This document shows, one piece after another, positions 23,759-33,117 of a stretch of 64,000 bases of DNA (position 1 is its first letter; each line of letters opens with the position of its first letter). The notes beneath the pieces were generated by a model that made no database searches, was not told where the DNA came from, and was given only the letters and a program-made list of their open reading frames with translations. Source of the stretch: an uncultured Actinomycetes bacterium. Its GTDB lineage: Bacteria; Actinomycetota; UBA4738; HRBIN12. The translations under genes were made by a program, and so were the position numbers. The stretch is from NCBI GenBank assembly GCA_963704885.1, contig CAVPIB010000001.1, positions 1 to 64,000 on the forward strand, given 5' to 3'.

Positions 23759-25871
23759 ATGAGCTCCGGCGTAAGCGTCAACACCCAGGGGCAGGTCGGC
23801 CGTGTGATGGTGGGAACCGACCGATCGGAGACCGCCGAGCGCGCCGTCCGGTGGGCCGCCTCGTTCGCGGAGCTGTACGCCGCGGACCTCCACATCGTTC
23901 AGGTGATCCTGCCGAGCCACCCGTCTGACACCGAGTTCGGAGCCGCCGAGGCAACACGCGCTCGCGGTGCTGCCGACGAACTTCAGACCTACGCCACCCA
24001 GATCGCCGGCGAACGCGGCAAGGCCCACGTGGTGATCGACGACGACCCCGCGATGGCCATCGTGCACGCCACCGAGGAGCACTCGATCGACGTCCTGGTG
24101 GTGGGCAACGCGGGGATGGCGGGCCGCAAGGAGTTCCTGCTGGGGAACGTCCCCAACCGGATCAGCCACAATGCGCGCTGCACGGTGATCATCGTGAACA
24201 CGGCGGCTGACGGGCAGGCGGCAGCGACCGGCGTCGCACGCGCACCTGACGTCGATCCGCTCCAGCGCCGTCGAGGTCGAGACCGAGCCGCACCTGGTCG
24301 CGCGCGGCACCAAGATCGCGAGCGTCTTCGCCAAGCACGGACTGAAGGAGCTGTTCGGCCGGCCCGACGAGGAGGGATCGGTCGGCAAGGTCCGTCAGGC
24401 TAAGCGCTTGCGCTCGGCCCTGGAGGAGCTGGGACCGACGTTCGCCAAGATCGGGCAGATCCTGTCAACGCGGCCAGACCTGCTGCCCCCGGAGTTCATC
24501 CAGGAGCTGGCCACCCTGCAGGACGACGTGCCACCGCTCCCCGAGGAACAGGTGGTCCGGGTCATGGAGCAGGAGCTGGGAGTGCCGTGGGAGGACGTTT
24601 TCGATCACATCGAACCCCAGCCGTTGGCCGCGGGAACCATCGCGCAGGTGCACCGGGCGGTGCTGGCCAACGCCGAGCGAGTCGTGATCAAGGTCCAGCG
24701 CCCCGACGCCAAGGAGCAGATCGAGCAGGACCTGGCACTGCTCGAGGTCTTCGCGGAGAAGGTGAGCCACCGCCCCGGGCTCAAGCAGGTGATCGACATG
24801 GAGGCGGTGTTCATCCATCTGTCCGAATCGCTGCACCGAGAGCTGGACTTCCGCCAGGAGGCCGGGAACATGCGTCGCCTGGCGGCTGTGATCGAGCCGT
24901 TCAGCCGGCTGCGGGTTCCCGAGGTGCACGGTGATTACTCCACGTCGCGCTTGTTGGTGATGCGCGACGTCGCCGGCGGTCCCCTCTCGTCGGCCCCTGA
25001 GGGTGGCCCGCGCAGAGAGGCGGCGCGGCAGCTGCTGGAGTCGTTCTACAAGCAGATCCTGGTCGACGGCTTCTTCCACGCGGATCCGCATCCGGGGAAC
25101 CTCATGTGGCAGCCCGAGGAAGAGCTCCTCTACTTCTTGGACCTGGGCATGGTCGGCGAGGTGGGCCCCGAGATGCGCGAGCAGATGATGCTGCTGCTCA
25201 TGGCCTTCTGGCAGGAGGACGTGGGTTTCCTGACCGACGTATCTCTGATGCTCGCGGGCGCGATCGATCGCAGTGATCTGGACGTCGACGCGTTCAGCGA
25301 GGAGATCGGCGAGCTGATGGCCAAGAACCGCACGGCCTCGCTCAAGGACATCCAGCTGGGACCCGTGCTGCAAGAGATGACCGAGATCTCGCTCCGACAC
25401 GGGGTGCCGCTGCCTGCATCGCTCACGTTGACCGGCAAGGCGCTCGCCCAGATGCAGCTGGCCGCGGCCGAGCTGGATCCCGAGCTGGATCCGTTCGACG
25501 TGGCAGGGAGCTTCCTGATGCGCAGCGTGATGAAGGACATGGGCACCAAGTTCGACCTGAAGGCGATCTTCTACCAGACCCAGAAGTTCAAGGTGCGCGC
25601 GATGCGGGTGGTCGAGGCCGTGGAGCGCCTTATCGGCGCCAGACCGGGCCAGAAACTCGAGGTCAACTTCCGTGCTTCCACGCTTGAGACGACGATCCGG
25701 CGCGCGGGAAGACGCCTCGCCCTGGGCCTGACTGCAGGTGCCGCGATCCTGGCGACGTCGCTCTCGGCTTTGTCCGCGCGTGTCGCCGGCTGGGTACCCG
25801 CGGCGTTCGGGGTCGTGGCAGGCCTGCTCACGCTGGCGCTGGTCGTCGACCTGGTCCGGCGGCGCGACTAG
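23759..25871 (+). CDS. Universal stress protein (USP)-ABC1/UbiB/AarF atypical kinase fusion (one frameshift near 24200-24245)
   Basis: USP: VGTDRS, VGNAGM..LLGNVP. The kinase frame stays open upstream of 24408 (ARGTKIASVFAKHGLKEL) with no ATG/GTG start. LGPTFAKIGQ, VIKVQRP, FHADPHPGN, LDLGM and two C-terminal TM helices. Confidence 0.8.
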
Positions 25872-25901
25872 TCCAGCTCAGACTAGTCAGCCGGCCGAAG
25901 A

Positions 25902-26102
25902 TCACGGCTCGTCGAGCTTCGCCTCCGTCCCTTTCGTGGTGATCGTCGTGGGTTCTGGCGTCGTGGCGCCGCCCTTCTTCCTCACCGAGCGCATGACGAC
26001 CTTCTCGAGCACGAAGGCGATCACCGCCATGATCACGCCAACGGCCCAGCGTTCGAACCGGCGGATCCCTTTCGGCTTCTTTGTCGTCACGCGCCCGGTC
26101 AC
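25902..26102 (-). CDS. Small single-TM hypothetical protein (66 aa)
   Basis: GTG start overlaps the kinase stop (GTGA). Hydrophobic segment WAVGVIMAVIAFVL. Confidence 0.6.
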   Translation of the reverse strand: MTGRVTTKKPKGIRRFERWAVGVIMAVIAFVLEKVVMRSVRKKGGATTPEPTTITTKGTEAKLDEP

Positions 26103-28204
26103 GCGGGCACCTCGGCATCCGACAGACGGAGTCGCCCCTCGATCGTGGTGCCGCGTCCCGGCGACGATGTGACCACGAGCTCGCCGTCCTGGGCGCCCAG
26201 TCGGTCGGCCATCCCCTGCAACCCGGAACCGCCGACGCTGGATACCGGATCGAAACCGCGACCATCGTCCGCAACGATGAACGTGAGCACGCGATCGCGT
26301 TCGGCGAGCGACACGGTCACCGACGACGCGTCCGCGTACTTGGCCACGTTCTGAAGCGCCTCCAGGCAGGAGAAGTACACGGCGGCCTCGACCTCCTGCG
26401 GGTAGCGACCTATCCCGTCGGCCTCGATCTGCACCGGCAACCCACTCTTGCGGCCCTGCGCCGCGAGTGCGGCGGCGAGACCCTTGTCGGCCAGGAGCGG
26501 TGGGTAGATGCCTCTCGCTAGGTCCCGCAGGTCCTCCAATGCGGAGTTCGTCTCACCCTGGAGCTGAGCGAGCAACTCGTGAGCTTGTGTCGCATCGCGT
26601 TCGACCAGGCCATCCGCCAGCCGCAGCTTCACCGACAGGGCCACCAACTGTTGCTGCGCGCCGTCATGGATGTTGCGCTCGAGCTTGCGACGCTCCTCGT
26701 CCTGGGCCGAGACCAGCCGGCGCTGCGCCGCCTTCAGGTCTTCGAGCCGGGCCTTGAGCTCTTCGGTCAAGCGAACGTTCCTCAGCACCAGCCCGGCCTG
26801 GGACGCCAGGCCGGCGATCAGCTTCTCATCCGCTGCGGAGACCGGATCGCTCGCCGACTTGCGGACCGCGAGCGCTCCCAGCAGCTCACCGCCCTGTTCG
26901 ACCGGATAGACGCGGTCGGCGCCCTCGATCGATGGCATCGCGCCGTTCGCCAGAGGTATCGCCGATGCGCCGCCCGCGTCGGGTGGCCAGGCCGCCACAT
27001 CGCGCAGCTCCCGGTCGACCGCGAGCCAGACGTCGGCCCGATCGGCGCCGACCCCTTCGCCCAGGATGCGGGCCATACGAGGCAGGACGTCTTCGTCGGC
27101 GTATGCCTCCCCCACTCGCTCGGAGAACTCGGAGAGGACCTCGTACGGTGTCGCGCGCTTGCCGTACACCAAACGGTTCGCGAAGCGACCGGCGCGGCTG
27201 CGTATCGGGAAGATCAGTAACCCGATCGCCAGGCCGATCAGCACTTGCCAGGCATCTACGCCCGACCCTGAGCCGCGTCCGAGCACGATGGTCGGCAGAG
27301 CGATCGCCACCATCAGGTAGAAGGCCGTCACCGCCACGACCACCGTAGCGAAGATCACGGTCTTCTTGATCACGACGTCAAGGTCGTACAGGTGGAACCG
27401 AAGGACAGCGATGCCGATGGACAGCGGGAACATCAGGAACGCAACACCGCCGATCACCGAACTCAACAGCGTGTCCTGGCTGGAGAAGCTGGTGCTGGTG
27501 ATCGCCAGGAGCGCAGCCACGAGACCGAACACGACCCACTTGATCTGTTGGCGTTCGAGGCCTGACGACCTCCGGAAACGGAGGACCAACGAGACGATCG
27601 AGGCCCCGAAGATGGCGGGGAACAGGATGCCGATCACCGGATCCAGGTTGGGGAAACCTCCGATAGCGTCGACGTAGAAGGGGTTCTTTACCCCGACGTC
27701 GGCCGAACCCGTCAGGACCTCTTGGCCGAAGGCGAGATTCATCGCCAAGATCACGATGAACGCGGCGATGAACCACAGCAACGGGCGCCATCTCCTCGAT
27801 GGAAGGCGGCCGTCCGGGAACAGCAGCGGCAGGAGGAACACCATCAGCAGGATCCCGAACATCCACCCGGCGCTGTTCAGGAAGCCGCACACTACGACCA
27901 ACCATCCCTCGGTGCCGTGCGTCACCGCGTAGGTGAACCACTCTCCGCTGAGGAAGGACAGAGCGGTGAAGAACGACGACCACATGAGCAGAAGCCCGAT
28001 GGTGTTCCGCCGGTCGCGGCTCACGATGAGCGCGCCCACAGCGCCGAACATCGAGAAAGCGATCACGTACGGGATCTGCTCGGCAAGGGACTCGCCGTTG
28101 AGCTCGACGAGGACCATGCTGGCCGTCGCCACCACAAGGAAACCGGCGAAAGCCACCCAGGGCCACCGCGCGGGGCGCAACGACAACTCAGGAGATGACG
28201 ACAA
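26099..28204 (-). CDS. Multi-TM sensor histidine kinase (GAF-like, HisKA_3, HATPase); start uncertain
   Basis: H-box ERNIHDGAQQQL, EALQNVAKYA, DDGRGFD, GSGLQGM. About 9-10 TM segments. Confidence 0.93.
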   Translation of the reverse strand: MSSSPELSLRPARWPWVAFAGFLVVATASMVLVELNGESLAEQIPYVIAFSMFGAVGALIVSRDRRNTIGLLLMWSSFFTALSFLSGEWFTYAVTHGTEGWLVVVCGFLNSAGWMFGILLMVFLLPLLFPDGRLPSRRWRPLLWFIAAFIVILAMNLAFGQEVLTGSADVGVKNPFYVDAIGGFPNLDPVIGILFPAIFGASIVSLVLRFRRSSGLERQQIKWVVFGLVAALLAITSTSFSSQDTLLSSVIGGVAFLMFPLSIGIAVLRFHLYDLDVVIKKTVIFATVVVAVTAFYLMVAIALPTIVLGRGSGSGVDAWQVLIGLAIGLLIFPIRSRAGRFANRLVYGKRATPYEVLSEFSERVGEAYADEDVLPRMARILGEGVGADRADVWLAVDRELRDVAAWPPDAGGASAIPLANGAMPSIEGADRVYPVEQGGELLGALAVRKSASDPVSAADEKLIAGLASQAGLVLRNVRLTEELKARLEDLKAAQRRLVSAQDEERRKLERNIHDGAQQQLVALSVKLRLADGLVERDATQAHELLAQLQGETNSALEDLRDLARGIYPPLLADKGLAAALAAQGRKSGLPVQIEADGIGRYPQEVEAAVYFSCLEALQNVAKYADASSVTVSLAERDRVLTFIVADDGRGFDPVSSVGGSGLQGMADRLGAQDGELVVTSSPGRGTTIEGRLRLSDAEVPA

Positions 28205-29465
28205 GGAAGACCTCCACGGGTTCCTCCCGGCCCTTCACGTACCGCGACCCGACCGGCTCGCATTCGACCTTCGGCGCCGCCGCGACCGTCGACGCGGCCG
28301 CGACGATCTCGCCGCCCTTTGCCTCGGACTGCAACCGCTGGGCGATGTTCACGGCGTCGCCCACCACCGTGTACTCGAGGCGGCCGCCCCCTCCGACCGT
28401 CCCGGCGATCACCAGACCGGTGTTCACGCCGATCCCGACCTCGAGCTCCGGAACGTCTGCGTCCCAGCCCTGCGCGTTCAGCTCCGCTTGGCGCTCTTGC
28501 ATGGCGATCGCGCAGCACAGCGCCCGCTCCGCGTGATCGGATGTGGGCTCAGGAGCTCCGAAGACGACCATCACAGCATCCCCCTGGAACTTGTCGATCA
28601 TGCCGCCCATCGACAGGACCACCTCCGCCATCGCGGTGAGGTGCTTGCCGACGACCGTCGCGACGATTCGCGCGGGGAGGCGTTCGGCGAGCGTCGAGAA
28701 CCCTCGGATGTCCGAGAACAGGACGCTCACCTCGACCTCCTGCGGCTCGATCGCGATCTCGGGGTGCGCGGCGAGCCGATCGGCCAGCTGTTGTGGGACG
28801 AACGACGCGAGCGTCTTGCGGGAGGTCGTCTGCTCGACGACGGCTGCGTGCAGGCGCTTGAACTCGTCGACGAGCCCGGCACCGGCACCGTCGCCGGCCA
28901 TCCGCTTGAACAACGCGGTGACCTGCGAATCGACGGCCTCTTGGGTGGTCCCCAGCGCCTCTGCGATCTCCGCGTAGCCAAGACCCTTGGCCATCATGTC
29001 GAGCAACTCGCGCTCACGCTCGACCGTGTCGCCGCGGCCCGACAGGCGCTCGGCGATCGTCGGATCCACGGTGCTGCCTCCCGCGTGTACCTCTCGGATC
29101 GCACGAGCGAGCTCGTCGCCCTGGGAGATGCGGTCCTTCAAGAGGTAGGCCAGGCCGCTATGACCGCCGCCGAGCAAGGCGAGCGCGTACGCCTCGTCGT
29201 CGTGGGCAGACAGGACGACGACGCCGGTATCGGGGTGCGAAGAGCGGATCGCGTGCGCGCAATCGATCCCCTCCAGCTGGAACGACGGCGGCATCTTGAT
29301 GTCGGTCACGACGACGTCGGGCGTATGCTCGGCGGCGGTCTCCAGCAGCGAGGGCGCGTCGACCGCGACCCCGACCACCTCGATGTCTTCGTAGGAATCC
29401 AGCAGCGCCCGGACGCCTTCGCGTACGAGGACGTTGTCCTCCCCAAGCACGACCCGGATGCTCAT
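28188..29465 (-). CDS. REC-LuxR-type HTH-class III adenylyl cyclase fusion
   Basis: REC: GEDN, VTDIKMP, YLLK. HTH: ERERELLDMMAKGLGYAEIAEALG. Cyclase: LFSDIRGFS, DKFQGD, YTVVGDAVNIAQRL. Confidence 0.9.
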   Translation of the reverse strand: MSIRVVLGEDNVLVREGVRALLDSYEDIEVVGVAVDAPSLLETAAEHTPDVVVTDIKMPPSFQLEGIDCAHAIRSSHPDTGVVVLSAHDDEAYALALLGGGHSGLAYLLKDRISQGDELARAIREVHAGGSTVDPTIAERLSGRGDTVERERELLDMMAKGLGYAEIAEALGTTQEAVDSQVTALFKRMAGDGAGAGLVDEFKRLHAAVVEQTTSRKTLASFVPQQLADRLAAHPEIAIEPQEVEVSVLFSDIRGFSTLAERLPARIVATVVGKHLTAMAEVVLSMGGMIDKFQGDAVMVVFGAPEPTSDHAERALCCAIAMQERQAELNAQGWDADVPELEVGIGVNTGLVIAGTVGGGGRLEYTVVGDAVNIAQRLQSEAKGGEIVAAASTVAAAPKVECEPVGSRYVKGREEPVEVFLVVIS

Positions 29466-29509
29466 CCCGCTGCCTCCGACCGCTCGATGCCCGCGTGTAC
29501 CATCCGCGC

Positions 29510-30178
29510 ATGATCCGCGTTGTGTTCGCCGAGGATAACTACCTGGTCAGGGAGGGGACGGCAGCCCTCCTGGCCACCTCGGATCAGATCGAGCTGGTCG
29601 GAACCGCGACCACGCGCGACGAGCTGCTCTCGGCCGTCGAGGAGCACTCCCCCGACGCGGTCCTCACGGACATCCGCATGCCCCCGACCGGGACCAACGA
29701 GGGCATCGAGGCCGCGAAGACGATCCGCTCCACCCACCCGGCGATCGGTGTGGTCGTGTTGTCGCAGTTCGTCGAGGAGGACTACGCGTTCGACCTGCTG
29801 AAGGACGGCGCCGCCGGCCTCGGCTATCTGCTCAAGGAGCGGGTCGCCGACGTGGACGAGCTGGTTAGGGCGCTGGGAGAGGTCGCCCGTGGAGGCAGCG
29901 TGCTCGACCCCAAGGTCGTCGAGGCGCTCGTCTCGGCCAAGGAGCGCATGGCGCACTCGCCGCTCGCGCAGCTGACCGATCGCGAACGCGAGGTGCTCTC
30001 GCACATGGCGCAAGGAGAGAACAACGCGGCGATCGCCAAGTCGCTCTTCCTCACCGAACGCGCCGTCGAGAAGCACATCAACTCCCTTTTCCACAAGCTG
30101 GGTCTCACGGAGGAGCCCGACGTGCACCGCCGGGTGATGGCAGTGCTCGCGTTCCTCCGCGAGACCGGCGACGCCTGA
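29510..30178 (+). CDS. NarL/LuxR-family DNA-binding response regulator
   Basis: AEDN, LTDIRMP, YLLK, LTDREREVL..MAQGENNAAIA...AVEKHIN. TACCAT lies 6 nt before the ATG. Confidence 0.95.
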   Translation: MIRVVFAEDNYLVREGTAALLATSDQIELVGTATTRDELLSAVEEHSPDAVLTDIRMPPTGTNEGIEAAKTIRSTHPAIGVVVLSQFVEEDYAFDLLKDGAAGLGYLLKERVADVDELVRALGEVARGGSVLDPKVVEALVSAKERMAHSPLAQLTDREREVLSHMAQGENNAAIAKSLFLTERAVEKHINSLFHKLGLTEEPDVHRRVMAVLAFLRETGDA

Positions 30179-30180
30179 CA

Positions 30181-30588
30181 TCACTGCGCTCGGCGCGTAT
30201 CCACGATGAACACCGAGCAAGGCGCGTGGCGCAGGATCATGTTCGGGACGCTGTCGCGAACGTGCCACCGTCCGCCCTGCGCCCCTCGGTTGCCCACCAC
30301 GATCGTGTCGGCAAGCTCCTCGGCCGCCACCTCGCAGATGCGCTCGGCGGGCTCTCCTTGCTCAACGCGGGTGCGGGCCGCGACGTCGGGGAACCGCGTC
30401 GCGATCCGAGCCAGGTACGCGGAGGGGTCCGCCGCCCGATCGGGGTCGATGACCGCACGCAGATCGGACTCGGGCTGGACGTACAGGACCAATAGCTCGG
30501 CCCCACGGTCGCGTGCTAGCCGGGCGGCGCTCTCTACGGCCAGATCGGCCGCTGCGGATGTATCCGTTCCTACCAAGACGGTGCTCAT
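30181..30588 (-). CDS. Universal stress protein
   Basis: VLVGTDTS, GEPA, VVGNRG, SVP..ILRHAPCSV. AGGAGG RBS. Confidence 0.92.
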   Translation of the reverse strand: MSTVLVGTDTSAAADLAVESAARLARDRGAELLVLYVQPESDLRAVIDPDRAADPSAYLARIATRFPDVAARTRVEQGEPAERICEVAAEELADTIVVGNRGAQGGRWHVRDSVPNMILRHAPCSVFIVDTRRAQ

Positions 30589-30664
30589 CTGGGGCCTCCT
30601 CACTCGTCGCCCCGAACGTACGCTCGGGGGAAGGCGGGGACAGCCCGGCCGCCACCACCGTTCC

Positions 30665-30700
30665 CAGGGGGTAGCACCACCCACCGGCGGTGGTCTCCAC
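30665..30700. promoter_or_regulatory. Candidate regulator site CAGGGGGTAGCACCAC plus box GCGGTGGTCTCCAC
   Basis: Same two-part layout as 23683..23719. Lies between the divergent USP gene and the kinase operon. Confidence 0.5.
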
Positions 30701-30762
30701 TCGCGAGCGAAGGCGGGTACCGCCCTTCCGGCCGCGGCTGCGAAGAGGCGACAATCTCGGCT

Positions 30763-30903
30763 ATGACGACGACCATGGAGGGACGGCGTCGGCCGACCTG
30801 GACGCTCGCCGTCACAGGCTCGGTCATCGGAAGGCTCATCGATCGGAGCGAGCAGCGTCTCGGGATGCGTCATCTTCCGGTGGAAGTGGAGCACGCATCG
30901 TGA
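30763..30903 (+). CDS. Small 46-aa ORF, probably leaderless and coupled to the downstream kinase
   Basis: MTTTMEGRRRPTWTLAVTGSVIGRLIDRSEQRLGMRHLPVEVEHAS. GACAAT lies 7 nt before the ATG, and the TGA overlaps the kinase GTG. Confidence 0.5.
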   Translation: MTTTMEGRRRPTWTLAVTGSVIGRLIDRSEQRLGMRHLPVEVEHAS

Positions 30904-33117
30904 GTCCTGCGACAGCGAAACGCCTTTCGCGCGCGATCATCGCGGTCGCACTCGCGATGATCGCGATCTCGCTCTTCGTCGGCATCACGTCCTCCAGGCA
31001 CCAAGAGCCGGGGCGCATCTTCATCGTCGGTGATGCGACCGTCGGTGACGGCCCGCTGGTTCACGAGGCGCTCATCGATCGTCAGACGGAGGGCGAGACG
31101 TTCACTGTCGCGGCGGTCAACCCGCAGATCGTGCTCGGGTTGGTCGTCGGTCTGCTCTGGATGATCACCGGGTCGCTGATCGTGTCGCGCCAGCCGCGCA
31201 ACACCGCGGGCTGGATCTTCCTCGCGATCGGTGTTGCCCTCCCTCTCAGTGGTATGGCCACCACGCTCGCCGTGACGGGTGTGAAGACCGTTGCCGCCTC
31301 GGTGCCGCTGGTCGGTCTCTGGGCGGTCGTCAACGAATACAGCTCCCTTCCGGTCGTCCTGCTCCCCCTGCTCTTCCTGCTCTTCCCCGATGGGCGGCCG
31401 CCCACGCCTCGCTGGCGTTGGGCCGAGCGTGCGTTGTTCGCGGGGCTCGCGATCGCCATCGTGGGGTTCACGCTGTCCCCGGGGCCACTGAACAACCTCG
31501 TCGACTCCGGCATCCTGTACGAGAACCCGATCGGGATCCCCGCGTTCGCCGGCGTGTCCGACGCGATGACGACGATCGGCGTCGTGTTGTGCCTCATCGC
31601 CGGCTTCTCCACGGTCTTCGCGGTCCGAGGTCGCTTCAAGCGCTCGACGGGCGAGGAACGCCAACAGCTCCGCTGGCTCGTGTTCGTAGCGACGACCGCC
31701 GGGATCTTGTTCACGATCCTCTTCGGGATCACCGTCCCCGGCGATGTCATCGGCCCGGTGTTCGGAAGCTTGCCGATCTTCGCCGTCCTCTTCCTCCTCC
31801 TGGCCGTCGTGATCGCGTTCGGCGTTCCCGGCGCCTACCTGGTCGCGATCTTCCGATACGGGCTGTGGGAGCTGGACGTCGTGGTGCGCAAGACGATCGT
31901 GTATGTGGTACTGGCCTTCCTGCTGCTCGGGACCGGGATCGCGTTCGTCTGGTTCATAACCGGACTGTTCGCCTCGACGGCTGCGTCGAACGGAAGGGTG
32001 GACCTGCTGGCGGGTGTGGCGATCGGTCTGTTGTTCTGGCCGCTTCGCAAGCTCGCGGTCAGGGTCGCCGATCGTCTCGTCTACGGGGGGCGAGCCACGC
32101 CCTACGAGGTTCTGACCTCGTTCGCAGGACGGGTCGGGGAGACATATTCGACCGACGACATCTTGCCCCGGATGGCGCAGGTGCTGGCGAAGGGAGTCGG
32201 GGCACAAGGGGCGACGGTGTGGCTCCGGGTCGGGAACGAGCTCCGCCCCGCCATGACCTGGCCGGTCGGCGCGCCGGATCCGGCTCCGGTGAGGCTGACC
32301 GCAGACGCTTTGCCAGCGATCTCCGATCAGCACGCGTCCGAGGTGCGAGATCAGGGCGAGCTCTTGGGCGCGCTCTCCGTGGCCATGTCCGCCTCGGATC
32401 CGATGACGCCCGGGAAGGAAAGGCTGGTCCGCGACCTAGCGTCACAAGCCGGACTGGTCCTCCGAAACGTACGCCTGATAGAGGAGCTCCGGGCGTCGCG
32501 ACAACGACTGGTCACCGCGCAGGACGAGGAGCGGCGCAAGCTCGAGCGCAACATCCACGACGGAGCGCAGCAGCAGCTGGTCGCGCTCGCGGTCAAGCTC
32601 CGGTTAGCGGACACGTTGATGGAACGCGACCCGACGAAGGCCCACGAGCTGATGACGCAGCTGCAAGCAGAGACCGCACGATGCGTTGGAGGATCTGCGC
32701 GACCTCGCACGTGGGATCTATCCGCCGCTGCTCGCGGACAAGGGATTGCCTGCCGCACTCGAGGCCCAGGCCAGGAAGGCGGCCGTGCCGACAACGGTGG
32801 TCGCCGACGGCGTGACTCGGCACTCGCAGGACGTGGAGGCCGCGGTCTACTTCTCCTGTCTGGAGGCGATGAGCAACGTCGCGAAGTACGCCTACGCGGC
32901 CAGCGCATCCATCGAACTGACCCAAGCCAACGGCCACCTCACATTCGTGGTCAAGGACGACGGGCGGGGGTTCGATACGCAGGCCAACGGCTACGGAACG
33001 GGGCTGCAGGGGATCGCGGATCGGCTCGATGCGATCGGCGGAACGCTGTCGGTAGCCAGCCGAACGGGAGCTGGGACGACGATCACCGGCACGGTGCCGG
33101 AGGCGGTGGAACGATGA
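30900..33117 (+). CDS. Multi-TM sensor histidine kinase, paralog 2 (frameshift near 32676)
   Basis: LLFPDGR, ERQQLRW, ERNIHDGAQQQL. The HATPase domain continues in ORF 32686..33117. Confidence 0.88.

Noticed and set aside
28188-29465. Cyclase as a Pycsar-type defence enzyme
   Set aside because: It has adenine-specifying Lys/Thr residues, a REC input domain and two-component context, with no adjacent TIR or TM effector carrying a cNMP-binding domain.
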